Below are positions 51,057 through 63,223 of a stretch of DNA of 64,000 nt, one piece after another. This stretch comes from Paraspadella gotoi. Lineage: Eukaryota > Animalia > Chaetognatha. The DNA is taken from the NCBI GenBank assembly GCA_051294375.1, contig CM119271.1, positions 7,554,162 to 7,618,161 on the forward strand, read 5' to 3'. The notes under the pieces are model-generated. The model had not been told where the DNA came from. It was given only the letters and a program-made list of their open reading frames with translations, and ran no database searches. Position numbers and translations under genes: made by a program. Every line of letters starts with the position of its first letter. Positions within the stretch are counted from its first letter, which is position 1.

Positions 51057-51869
51057 CTGAATTGACTTTTTCGTTTTTTTCCAATTCGGTCATTGATGTA
51101 CCGACGAGATTTTAAATTGTAGCACACCCATTTTAGTTTTTTTTTTTCTGAAAGAAAACAGCAAACAAATAATTTCGGGAATGGTTGCAAAAAGTTATTA
51201 TGCTTTCGGCAATTAATGCGAACAAAAAAGGGAAAAGAAAAAAGAGATCAGGGGAGAAATTTTTTGATTGAAAATAGTGTTACAATGATCAAATCAATAT
51301 GAACTCTGTTAAACTTTAACTTTTTTAAATTACATGTTTCTTGAATTTTAACAGATTAAAGAGGAAAACCAAAAAATGACTTTACCCCTTACTATGACGT
51401 CGCAAAAGCGCGAATTGATCACGAAGGTATAATTGACATAAATTGACATAAATTGCTAATATTTCGTTGGTCCAATTGGAAATTAAAACCTAAATAATGT
51501 GTGGGTACTAGATATAAATTTTTAGTTTTATTTTTTTTTTAACGTTCTATTAAATAGTTCCCCTGAGTAGTGGCAAAACAAGCTAAATCGACTCCTCTCT
51601 GCAAGCGCCACTTTTTAACATGTAAAGGAACCGTAAAGATGGATTCAAAGCCCTATCCTTTGTCGACGGGGTTACGATTATTACTCCGACCCTACATGCG
51701 GCTGCTTTAGGTAGGTCTGCTGTTCGCTTTTGCTTCTTTTATTGTTTGTATTTTACTAAAAAAGAAAAGATGCTAACCTTTTCATATATTTTATTCCAGC
51801 GTTTTTCATTCCCAATAGTTTTTCTTAAAATTTAGGATCGCCTTTTCCGGGCCAACGGCTGGCCCCAAG

Positions 51870-54800
51870 ATGAGTCAAGGCAAGCGCGGCGGTAATAACG
51901 TCGGGTAAGTATCTTCATTAGTCTCAATATTTCCAACGCTTTCGCTTATTTTTCGACTTCCCTCGAACCAACAGCCTCGCGCAGTTCATGGGTAAATCAT
52001 GGACGGCTTGGCAAGACTACGCCGCCACCATCGAGTCCAAAGGTTAGATTTTTATTCTCTAGGAATTTCCTCTGCCTCCCGTGCGTCGTCATCCTCTCCC
52101 TTTATTCAACCCATCATCTCCCCGTTTCCTCTTTTAGCTTCCAAAAAGGAGGAAGAGGACTCGACGCCTTCGGCGAACCGTGGCAGCAGCGTAAAGCTTC
52201 GGGCGGACGACATGCCGCTTTTCGGATGCTGCCCGTCTCAAGACGAGTTCTACCTGGTCGTCTGCGAGCACTGCGACATCGTTGTCAAGCCCCAAGCGCT
52301 TCGCAGCCACATCGAGCTGCGGCACCCGCAGTCGCTGGACGCTCGGTGGTCGGACTCGCCGCCAGCGACGGCGGTCGGCCCCGGCGGCGACCGCGGCGTC
52401 GAAGCCGCTCGTAGTCGCCTTTCTGTCAACCCGTCGCCCACGCCGCCGGCCGAGTCAAACTCCTCGAGCTCTCTCAGCGCGGGCGGGCCTTCCTCGAGGA
52501 GCACGCCTTCGCCCAGCCGCTCGTCTTCCGCAGGTGAGTTATTTCGAAATGGCGAAAACAATTGTTAATTTATAATTTTTTAAATTAACGATGCGAGCTT
52601 CAAGATTAGTTTCATGTGACTGCGATTTAAAATACTTTTTTGATATTTAATTCTATATTTGACAAAAATATTAATTAAGATTTATATTTTTCAGGTTCTT
52701 CTCAAAAGAAACCGAAATCGAAATCAAGAGGAAAAGCGGGGAGACAGAAGAAAGTGGCTTTGCCTCTGGTCCTGGTGGATCGTCTCTCTACGGTTCCGTC
52801 GACGGCGACGGCCCCCAAAACCGTCGCCCTCTCTGGGCCCCGCGATGCGCAAGAGTCCATCGCTTTGGAGGGCCCGACAGCGACTTCCTCGTCCAAGTCT
52901 GGGGTCCCGTCGCCATCGTCGATGTCGGAGATTAAAATTGCTTTGGCCGACGCCGGAGTGGACGGCATGTCGAACGACAGACTCGGTGGTTGCGGCGCTC
53001 CCTTGGAAGTCGTCGCCAAATCCGGCGCCAAGGACCGTCGCGGCGACGCAGCTGAGGACAAGGTCCATAACGAGGCGTCGACGCAGAGCGCCGCCGCTGC
53101 CTCACTGAACAAACTGAACAACACAAAGACCCACCCACCGTCGACGACTTCTTTCCTCCCCCACTCCCTGAGCCGTCCGCCGGGATTGGACTCCCCGCCG
53201 GTCGCCACTCAGTTCTCTCCCTCGGCCTCCCCGCTTCCCGACCCTTCCACGCCCCCGCCGATCCACCCTCTTCCTTCCTCGAACCCGGACGACCTGTCTC
53301 CGCGGGATTCCCCGCTGCCCGACGACAAAACAGATTCTGGACCCGAGTCCCGATCCAACTCACGCCCGGCCTCTCGGTCGGGATCGAGGCCCGGATCGCG
53401 CGGGGGCGGATCGCGGACTGGTTCTCGGCCAGGTTCTCGCGGAGGATCTCGGCCGGGTTCCCGAGGAGGCTCGAGAGCCGGTTCAAGGACAGGCTCGCGG
53501 GCTGGTTCACGGTCCGGCTCCCGATCGGGATCTCGGGCAGGCTCACGCTCTGGCTCCCGAGCAGGCTCGAGATCAGGTTCTAGAGGCGGCTCAAGACCAA
53601 GTTCGCGTCCTCACCTGGAGATTGTTTCCGCATCTGGCGCAGAGAATGAAACTCGGGACCCTGTATACGACGAAGAGGACGCCACCTCAGCCATCGCCCT
53701 TTCGCCCGCCAGTGACCCGTCGCCTTCTGCTTCGACGGCACACCCGCCCGTGGTTCCCATGAAACCAACTTTTCTGCCCGTCATGAACGAAGTGAAGAAA
53801 AAGAACGTGAGCGTTGCGATGACGCTTGCTCAAATAAGCGGCGCTCTCAAATCCGCCTCCTCGTCTTCGCCCACGAAGAAACCGTCGCAGGGCGGACAAG
53901 TTTCGCCCGCCAAAACGGCAATCGCGCCAATTTCCGCCGCCAATTTGATCTCCACCGTGAAACGGAAAGACCGCGAAGCCGAAAGGGCCCGCGGAGCCGA
54001 CGCCCGCCGAGCGGTGACATTGACGCCGCAAAAGCGGATCGAGGCTTTATCCCTCTCAGCCCAAACCTCCATCATCGATCCCTTCGATAGCACGGGTCTC
54101 TCTTCCTTGGATCTTCCGCCTTTCTCCTCGCCACGGACGGACGCTGTTTCTATGGACATCGCTCGGCCTACTTCCAATGAGACCACGCCAACTCCAGTGA
54201 GGGAGACGGACACTTCGATCCAGAGCATCCTGAATGACCTTGCTTACCCGGACACGCTACTTATTTCTCCCACTGACGTTCTTCAAAGTCAAACCCCTGT
54301 CGCCCATCAGGGGAACAACACCGCTGCCCAGTGGAACTCATTTTCGCCATCTTCGTCCAGATTGGGGGATCAGCTTCACTCTGGCGTCGGCACGAACCAG
54401 GGTGTTTTTGGCCTCAGTGGTGACGTTTCCGACTCCTCACCTTCAAAACAGTCGCCAGTTGGGGACCTTTTCGCTCGACGGAAACCGATGCTGTGCAAGG
54501 ACCGCACCTACGACCCGGACCGGCACTGTGGCGTTGCCGTCGAGGGTAATGGTTTTTCACCGTGTACCCGATCGCTCACTTGCAAGTCGCACAACCTTTC
54601 CGCGCGTCGACAGGTCAAGGGTCGGAGCAAGACCTTTGACGTTCTTTTATCTGAACACAAAGCCGCTAAGGACGCAAAGTTGAGGGAGCAAGGAAAGCTT
54701 CCTCCGGCCAAACATTCAGCGGCGGCCCCTTCGCCGAGTTCCAAGTCGCCCTGTACTTCAAGCGCAGCGCCGTCATGGTCCTCGCCCCCGCCGCTCCCAG

Positions 54801-57590
54801 AAATCCCCGTCGATCGACCAGAAGTTGCTGTCTGCTCAACATCGCCTTCCACCGTAGTCCATTACCCCGGCAGCTCGATCTCCAACAACTTCGTCGTCCC
54901 GGCTCCCGCTAAACAAGCTCCTTCTTCATCCTCTCCTCGAACTACCTTTGTCCGTTCTCCCCCAAAGCCTCTACCGCGGTCTTTCCAACCTACTTTCCCT
55001 CCGACTGGGTCACGGAATCAAGCCTTCGTCCCGATCGTTCCGCGACCCTTCTACATTTCTCTCTCAGAGCTCGATCGCGGGGCCGGTGAAGGAGGAAACG
55101 CCGAGAGCCACCAACGCGGGGTCGCCGCTCCAAAGGGCGTGTGGCCGACTTCCGCGCTGCCGCCCCAACCAGTCGCCATGTGCTCTTTTGGCGCCCGGGC
55201 GACTCCGTCGGAACTTCCATCCAGTTGCGCCTCCGGTAGTTGCATGTTTCTTGGCCGTAAGATGGATCTCTTTCGCTCGGCCTTTAAGGTGGCCGTGGAT
55301 CGTCACCTCCACCCGCCGCCAATTAAGAAATCGTGCCTCAGCTCCTCCGCTGCCTCTTCCGCCGCAGCTTCTACCACTGGTTCCTTTTCGACTCCAACGG
55401 AAAATTTCAACCTCGACCCGAGCAGTTCTAACTGCTTAGCGGCCAAACCAGTCGATATTTCGACTTCCATTGGTGTTTCTACTTTCCTTCAGTCGGGTGC
55501 AAGAGAAAGCGGTGTTAGCGGCGGTGGCGACTGTAGCGTTGGTACCTTATTGCACGACGGGAGCTCTTCGGGACCGATGAATCCTGCTACCTTTGCTAAT
55601 TTTAAGACGCAGTTGATGTTGCAACAGCAGCAACAAACCGCCCATCAATCGCAGCTGTCGTCGGGTTCCATGATTCCCAAGGCGTCCCCTGTGAAACCGG
55701 ACGTCAATGCTAATCTAAATGGTGCTCCTGGCCGACTCTCCCGTGGAGGCAGCATCGGTGTCGTCGGCGGCACAGCCGGCAGCTCTGGAGGGTCCGGCGC
55801 CTCCGGCATGGTTGGAATGAACGTCGGCGTGTCGTCGTCGGCTCCATCGATTACTTCTCAACTTCACGCCGGACAAACTTTGACAAAATCCTCTTCGACC
55901 AGCGCCATTAAACGAAAGAGGAGCTCAAGTAGCTTATCGTGCAAAGGTGACGACACGGTCGAACAGGGCTCGTCGGCTCCGACCGGGATGCCTACCGGAT
56001 TGTCTTCTCCGTCGAAGGTCGGCGGTGCCCAAAATTCCACGCCCAACAATGCCAACTTCGCCAATGCCACTACATCAAAACTCTCCCTTCAACAGCAACA
56101 TACTCTCCAACAACCGCAGCGACAGTCTTCTCATTTCGGCACTACTCAGACGGCATTGACCCCTCAGCGATTGTGCGGAGAAAACAACGGGCAGCTCTCA
56201 ATATCAATTCCATTTACGGGGGTAACGATGGCATCCACTCAACAGGCCACCTTCAGGCAGTTACCCGACGTACATTTACGGAAGACCTCGACGACAGCTT
56301 TGACTGGAGGAATGAGTCAAGTTCTCATGTCTTCCGGCACGCAGCTTCAAGTTGGGCCTATCCAAGGGCAGACTAGGTGAGGTTTCGCCTGCAATGTGGG
56401 AGACACGCTATTTTATATCAATACTGCTGAAAAACATTTCTTTCTGGTAATTTGGATTTTTTTATAAAAAATACTGAGATTTTCTTTGTACCGGGGCAAA
56501 ATTGCTAAGAGAAAAAAAAGCAACGACGAAACAATTCAAATAACGTTGATGACCCAAATAAACTTTCTGGGTGAAGTCTAGTCTAATAAGATTATAAATA
56601 AATATTTTTATGACCCTCAGTGTTACCTCACGACTTCCTGTGACGACTGGAACGATTTACTTAAGCAGTGGAGGCGGTCTAACAGCAACGGGACTCAATA
56701 TGCAGACAATGACGGCCCTGTCACAACAACAACCACAACAGTCTCTTCGATTGGGTCGGACGACGACGACGACAACATCTCGATCAGGATTGATCCAAGC
56801 TCAAGTCGTCGTATCGGCGCCGGCGGCTTCACCGACCAAACTTCAAAGCGTCTCGGCCGTTAGCGCTCTTAACCGGGGCGCCGTTGGTGGCGGCGGTAAG
56901 ATGCCGGCTCGCAAAGATGTCTCCGGTTTGGCTCGGTCCTTCCAGAGCCGCTCTCTCGCCTCCGGCGGTCTTGGCCCGCGTCCGAGTCAATCAACCGCCC
57001 ACGCCGTCTCCTCCGGTCCGGCGATGGTCTCCGCAACCTTCGCTCCCGCCATTTCGCTATCTCAGGACGTTCAAACGCTTATTCAAAACGCGTCCCCGGA
57101 CTCGTCGTTGTCGTCGTCGTCTTCAACGTCGTCCGTCGACGCCGGGACGCCCCACCGAGTAGGCGTCTCCGCCGTCGGCTGCGCTACGAATCCGACGTCA
57201 TTCGCCGTTCAGGGCGCCGGCGCTTCTTCGTCCCTATCTAGTCAAAGAGACGCCCGACTCTCATCCCCTCATCATGGGATCGCCTCCTCTTCTGCCTCGT
57301 CCTCCTCCGCCTCCCAAGTGCTTTCCAATAACAACCCGACGCCGCCTCAACTGCATATACCCAACGGATTTATGACGTTACCCTCGAACCATTCTGCGGC
57401 CGCCCGCGCCGCCCTGTTGGGCAGCGGCGCACGCGCCGTCACCGGGATGGTCGTCGGCACTGGCGTTCCCGCGGGAGTATTAAGTCTGGGGCCCGGCGCC
57501 AAGACTGGGCAGGAAACAGTGACGCCGGCGACGCATTTGCTCGCCTCCTCGGGAAGTCACCCCGCTTCCAAGCATCTCTCATCTTCCTGA
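51870..57590 (+). CDS. ATXN7: Ataxin-7 family SAGA deubiquitinase-module subunit
   Basis: FMGKSWTAW, MPLFGCCPSQDEFYLVVCEHCDIVVKPQALRSHIELRH (N-terminal ZnF), SCA7 domain KDRTYDPDRHCGV...PCTRSLTCKSHNLSARRQVKGRSKTFDVLLSEHK, and PQPVAMCSFGAR. Introns about 51905-51974, 52043-52137, 52534-52694, 56377-56620. Confidence 0.85.
53348..53610 (+). repeat. Coding tetrapeptide repeat (S-R-x-G) x ~21 in the ataxin-7-like protein
   Basis: SRSGSRPGSRGGGSRTGSRPGSRGGSRPGSRGGSRAGSRTGSRAGSRSG..., with synonymous codons that vary between units. Confidence 0.9.
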
Positions 57591-58420
57591 CAGTAGACTC
57601 TTTAGTTCCGTTTAGTAAAAATATTATATGAAAATTTTCGGTATAATTAAGAAGAAAATAGATCATTTTAATTGTATCGATGTTTTTTATTTAGTTGACC
57701 TCTTTACTTCTGGGTCGTATTGCGAAACTTGAGCTAAATGCGGTTCGAGTGTTTGCAATTGATCCGTCGTCTGGCAAGGCTTTTTCGAAAAAAAAATTGT
57801 CAAAAGGAGTGCCATATAAAAATGCATTTTTGGTGATGTTCATATATATATCTCTCATTTCTTAACCGAGCAGTCGATTTTTTTTTTTTTTAATTTTTAT
57901 TGTTAATCCAAAGGTTTAGATTTTTACATGTACCTACTAATTTGGTTATCCTTGCCAGACCGTTTTTTTCATATTTTCATAAAATAATTTAATACTATAC
58001 TAATTTTATGAATCAAGTTCTTGACGTCGAAGCCTTGATTATTATTTTTGTACGTCGTTTGAGGAAGTCGCTTTACTTCTGTTTTCGTTGTATTTTATTT
58101 GATTGAGTTTAATCTCATGAATTATTGGAACAAGATACGTACGTCTGTTAAATGAAATTAACTTTCTCGATAACAAAAAATCTCCCAAGTTTGTAGCGGT
58201 CGACCCGAGTGCATTCTAGGATGTATAGGTATCTTGTTGGTTGTCGTAGGCGAGCATCTACAATATCTATATTTTGAAAAAAAAAAAACTGGAAGAAATC
58301 ATGCGAAAAGCACTCCCCCTTTTTTTCGATATATTATTTAATTTTCTTTTTTCATCCAGAGATTAAAATGAAAAAACGATTTTTAAGTTACAAACTCGCG
58401 TCCACGCAAATGAATTAGCC

Positions 58421-61400
58421 ATGTCCGGGCCGCCACCCAAGGGTGCCGGAAAAACCGGCACCGCCCCCGTCACGGGCGGAGGCGTCGGTAAACCCTCACT
58501 AAACAAGTTCGCCCTCTTCCGGCTGATGACGGTCGAGAGAGCGACGCGGCAGACGCACGCGACGGTGAAACGGACCAAGATGGAAATAGAGAACAGAATG
58601 CGACGCCGCGGCGGAGGCGAAGGCTTGCACGACAAGGTGATTGGTGATCCGGTTGATTTTATTGAACGTTAACTACGAAAACTGACCAAGAATTTTATTT
58701 TCTTTTAATTTCCCTTACGTTTTAGACTACGTTCACAAATCGTATTTTATTATATTATGAAATTGGTACACAACCAATATGGTTCCGCAATACAATCCGT
58801 GTCTTTTAGACAACGAAATCTGAACTTCAATAATTACCATCTTTCTTGATCTCATGGTTAGAATAAGCTTTCTTTATTTAAAAAAACGGTAGGCTTATAG
58901 TTATCTTCTTCTTATGACATAGTACTTTCTAGGTAAATTTCTATGAGTTAAAAATACGGTAACTATGTTTTCTTCAATGAGTGTCAATCAAATCTTAATT
59001 TTAGAAATAAGTATGATTGAATTTTATGGTAAAGATAACTTTTAAAGATTGAATTCCTCATAAGAATCTTCACGTCTTTTACTTACACAAACTATTCAGG
59101 CAGGACGCCACATTATCTCATACAATGTTTTTCCCCTCATACCCTTTCTCTGATTCTTTTTCTTCATCTCTTTTCTTCTCTTTATTTGTATTTTTCTTTC
59201 CCTCTTTCCTCCCTACTTCTCACGCCGTCAATTACCATTTTTTTAGCCCTACCTTTTTTTTGCCACTATTCCACTTCTCCTCACCTTTTTCTCTTCTTCA
59301 TTCTTTCCCTTTCTTTTCCCCTCTTTTTCTTCCATTTTTCCCTATTTTCCTACCTTTTAATTTGTCTCACTATTTTTTTCGCCATTTGCCTTTGCCGCTC
59401 TTTCTTCTCTCCCGACCTCCTTTTCTTTGTTCTTCCTTTCGTTTTTCCTATCACTACATTTACTTTGAGCAAATAAAAATTTTTTTTCTTATGCGTTATA
59501 AAAAAAGAAATTAACGGTAATGAAGATTTTATTTCAATTTGTGTTGCCTAGCAGATTTAATAAATCGACAGATTTTGCGGAAAAATTTTCCGCAAAATCT
59601 GTCGATTCTCAGAAAAAACAAGTCCTGACGCTTTTCCATTGTGGTTAAAAGGATGCGGTTTTTTTTGTTTTAATAAACGTCAGTATGTACCTCATCCTTT
59701 AAAACTAATAAATGAGTTAAAAATACTCTCTTTATCAAAATAAATGCAAGTCACAAAAAGTCACAAATTAAAAGTTGTCTTTAAAAATTATTGTGGTAAA
59801 TGAAAAAGTTTTTTGATAATTTTGTAGGTGTTAAAAGCTTATTTAATAGGCTATATTTCTGTTAATTTCAACCAATTTGATTTATTTTTGTTTAACAATT
59901 ATGATAAAGACTGAAACTGCAACTTTTGACTTGTTAACTCTAAAATTAATTCATAGGCAAACTATAAATAATTTAAGCAATAAATAAATTTACACAGGGG
60001 TAAAGAAGATAAGGAAGAACGGATTTCCAAAGTAAAAAATTTTTCTCACTTTCCTGGCATTCAAATCATAGTCGTAAGTAAAAATGGACAAAAATGGACA
60101 TAATTTTTTTCCTAAAAGTTGCCAAAATGGTACTCTTTTATCATTAGAAATGGGTGGAGATGTTCCTAACCAATCCTTCGTTCGACCTAATTTGTGTTGT
60201 GGCACAAAGTTAATCAACATTGGTAAAAACAACTGAACCATAGTGGAAAAGTCGTTTTTTTCCTAAATGCAACGTTTGTATGGGGAACCATATAAATATT
60301 ATCCATTCATTTAATAAATAAACTATCTGCCCCTGACTTTGGACAGGCTTTGGTGGTTTAAGGCCTCCATCACTCTTACAAGCAATGCATATATTAATAA
60401 AATATCCAACTATTCCTTTTAGGAACTGGCTTTAGAAACATTCACGCTTAAGAACGAGATTCTCGCGGATTACAAGAAGACTCTCCAAAGATCCATAGAA
60501 CGTGCAACGGTAAGTTGCTCTTTTATTAATATTATCAAAACACTTTTTAGCAGACGAAATTTTCGAGTCTCCCACCTCTTCCAGGAATCCTCGTCGCGAG
60601 CGAAGAACGAATACCTCGACCGAAAATCCCGTCTAGAGTCGCTCAGGGAAGATCAGCAGAAGAAGGCTCTTCAGATGGAGGAAGAGAGACGGAAGCATCT
60701 GGAAAAGCGGGAGTTGTTCCTCAAAAGCAACGCCATTCTGCTCATGCGGAGGTTTCTGCTTTTAATTTGATAGCTTTTTATGAGTGTACCGAAAAATGTT
60801 TATCTAACCTTCGAACTCAGAAAGCAGCTAATTGCGGAGGTTTCCGCCATCTACCCTGTGGCTGAGCGGTCCGACCCGAAGACGAATCGCCGCGAATTTA
60901 CTATCGCCGGTTTCGTGGTCCCCAACGCGGACGAGCTCTCCTCGGTTCGCAGCGCCGACGAGGAGCGGGTAGCCACCGGCCTTGGTTACACCGCCCACAT
61001 GATCCTCATGATCTCGCAGTTTCTTGACATGCCGTTGCGATTCAAAATTCTGCACTGCGGTTCCAGGTATTTCAAATTTCTAAAAGGAGTCGTTTAATTT
61101 CTTTCTTTCATAATTTATTTACGTTCCCTTGTGACTTTTTCAGATCAAGAATTCACGATCACATCACGAAAGAGTTGTCAGATCGCGATCGAGATTTTCC
61201 CCTGCATTCCAAAGGAAAGGAAAAGTTTTTGTTCAACTACGGCGTTTTCTTGCTCAATAAAAACATCGCCCAACTCAGACATTATTGCGGCATGGCCACG
61301 CAGGTTTGATTAATTCGAAAGGAAACTTACAATTATACGATTATGGAGTATTTAATTAAAAACAAAGCAATCAATCTCATTAAATAATTTTATCGTAAAC

Positions 61401-62720
61401 GTAATTTTAATATATGTTAGTATATGATTCCATTTGAGCTTATCTGAGATCGTCAACGGTAAAAGCTCAAATCTGTTTTTAGGATCTCCGCAATACTTTG
61501 CCAAATTTACACTCGCTCCTGGAACAACGTCTCGGAGTTCAGTTGGGTGATCGCCTCCCCAACAGGACCGGAGCTGGTCTCCATTCGTTACCCTCTTCCT
61601 CCAACCAAATAACAAATTCTGAAGACATTGTTAAAGCTTTCCATGTCGATGAGGTGATCACATAAAAGACCCTTTTTCCCCCACAAAAAAAATTCACTCA
61701 ACATGAAACAGTTGAGTAATATAGTATTTTTTTCTCCAGTCCATGAAAAATGGTGGGAACGCGTCTAGTCAAGTGGAGCAACAGGCGACCTTTCAAACCA
61801 ACGGCGATCCAGGGAAAAATACCGCAAACGGTCAATGTGAGTGAGCCTTTAATAATAAAAATTTTGTTATATTACATCAACTACATTTGGATAAAAACAA
61901 TTTTTTCTTCTCTCTCCCGCCAGCTAACCACGACTCGTATGACGAGCGAGTTGAAGAAGAAGATGAAGATGACGAAAAGGAGAGCTGGTTGAAACGAAAT
62001 CCAGAGATGGCGTCGATCGTCGGCGAAGATGCTCCTCTTCGCAACCTCGTCGATTCCTCCGACAACTCTGCGGCAAACTCGGGCGACGAGGCGGAGACAG
62101 CGAATCTTTCGGCCAAGTCTTCCGAAGAAAAGTTTGATGAGACGGAGACTCTTTCTCGCGGAGTCGAGTCGCCATCGTCTCTCGTCGACGCAGAAGCAGA
62201 AACCGACGCCACGCCCACCGCCGAAAATCCGCCCGACTCTCATCTTCGTGAGACGCTAGTGCCAACTCCTCTTGCCGAAGAAGGCAACGACGTCGGTGGC
62301 GATTTTACCGCCAACGGCGCCGTCGATCCTTTGACCCCAGTGCCTGGGCCTGCGGAAGTCGCCGCTGACGACCAAATCGCCTTTAGTCCGAAAGGCGGCG
62401 TTCCAGCCGAGGCCAATGTACCCAAAGGCCTCCGCCTTTCCAATCACAAACGCAATACCGCCCATCGGCCGGCGGGGCTTCAACCGGGCCTCGCCGGTTC
62501 TAAACCCTTTGGCGGTGGTTTTCGCCAGGCAGCCAAAACCTCGTCCGCTTCGTCGTCGCGACCCATCGCTGAGATTTTCGCCAAGCAAAAGGCGCAGCAA
62601 GAAGGCGGAGCCGAGCGGCGCGTCGTGGACGGGGCTCGATCCGACTCGCGGACTGCGATACTGACCAACGCCAACTTCAATCTGGTCGACCGATCCAAAC
62701 GCGTCATCAGCGACGATTAA
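58421..62720 (+). CDS. UVRAG: UVRAG/Vps38 (PI3KC3 complex II subunit), apparently lacking the N-terminal C2 region, 8 exons
   Basis: Coiled coil ALFRLMTVERATRQTHATVKR, RRKQLIAEVSAIYPV, VATGLGYTAHMILMISQFLDMPLRF, GSRSRIHDHI, DFPLHSKGKEKFLFNYGVFLLNKNIAQLR, DLRNTLPNL. Confidence 0.85.
59125..59460 (+). repeat. Polypyrimidine low-complexity tract
   Basis: About 330 nt strongly dominated by T and C on the + strand. Confidence 0.8.
59563..59607. repeat. Perfect 22-bp inverted repeat with 1-nt spacer
   Basis: AATCGACAGATTTTGCGGAAAA-A-TTTTCCGCAAAATCTGTCGATT. Confidence 0.95.
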
Positions 62721-63223
62721 AAACCTCATTTTCTTTTATTGTTGCTAATTTTCTCGATCGTATTCAATCGATTCGAGAGCAAAAAAAAAAGGCAACTCTT
62801 TTACGACAAACGAACAAACACGCGATATTTTAAACCGCACTAAATGTACACTTTTCCTCTCGCCACGCTTCTCGGCAAATAATCGTTTTCGCCGGAAGAT
62901 TTTCTTTGTTCAATACTAAAATCATTCCAAGCTGAGTCGTTTCGTTTCGACGTCCGCTCGCCCTCCTCCGGCCCCCTCTCCCTTTAACTCCCATTGTTAT
63001 CCCGTTTTTACTCAAATTTCTAGTCACAAGCGGTTAAGCGCGATTACATTCTCGTTTGATTATCTCTTTTCTTTTCAAAATTTTTCGTAGGTATCTTTTG
63101 ACGACCAACTACAGCCGTTCGAACAAAATGAACATGAACGAAATTTTGCAACCAGTTCCGAGAATTACGGCTTTCAGCTACAAAGTCTGTCTGTGATAAT
63201 ATTTCAAGCTAAAATCTTTGACC

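Larger units (their letters stand above)
58780..60290. mobile_element. ~1.5-kb non-autonomous TIR DNA transposon in UVRAG intron 1
   Basis: Left end TGGTTCCGCAATACAATCCGT; right end reverse complement TGGTTCCCCATACAAACGT. Flanked by a TA (or ATAT) duplication. Removing it restores the repeat CAACCAATATAAA.ATTATCC seen at 3928 and 23390. Confidence 0.7.

Noticed and set aside
59125-59514. Phe/Leu/Ser-rich membrane-protein-like ORFs
   Set aside because: These are translations of an intronic polypyrimidine tract.
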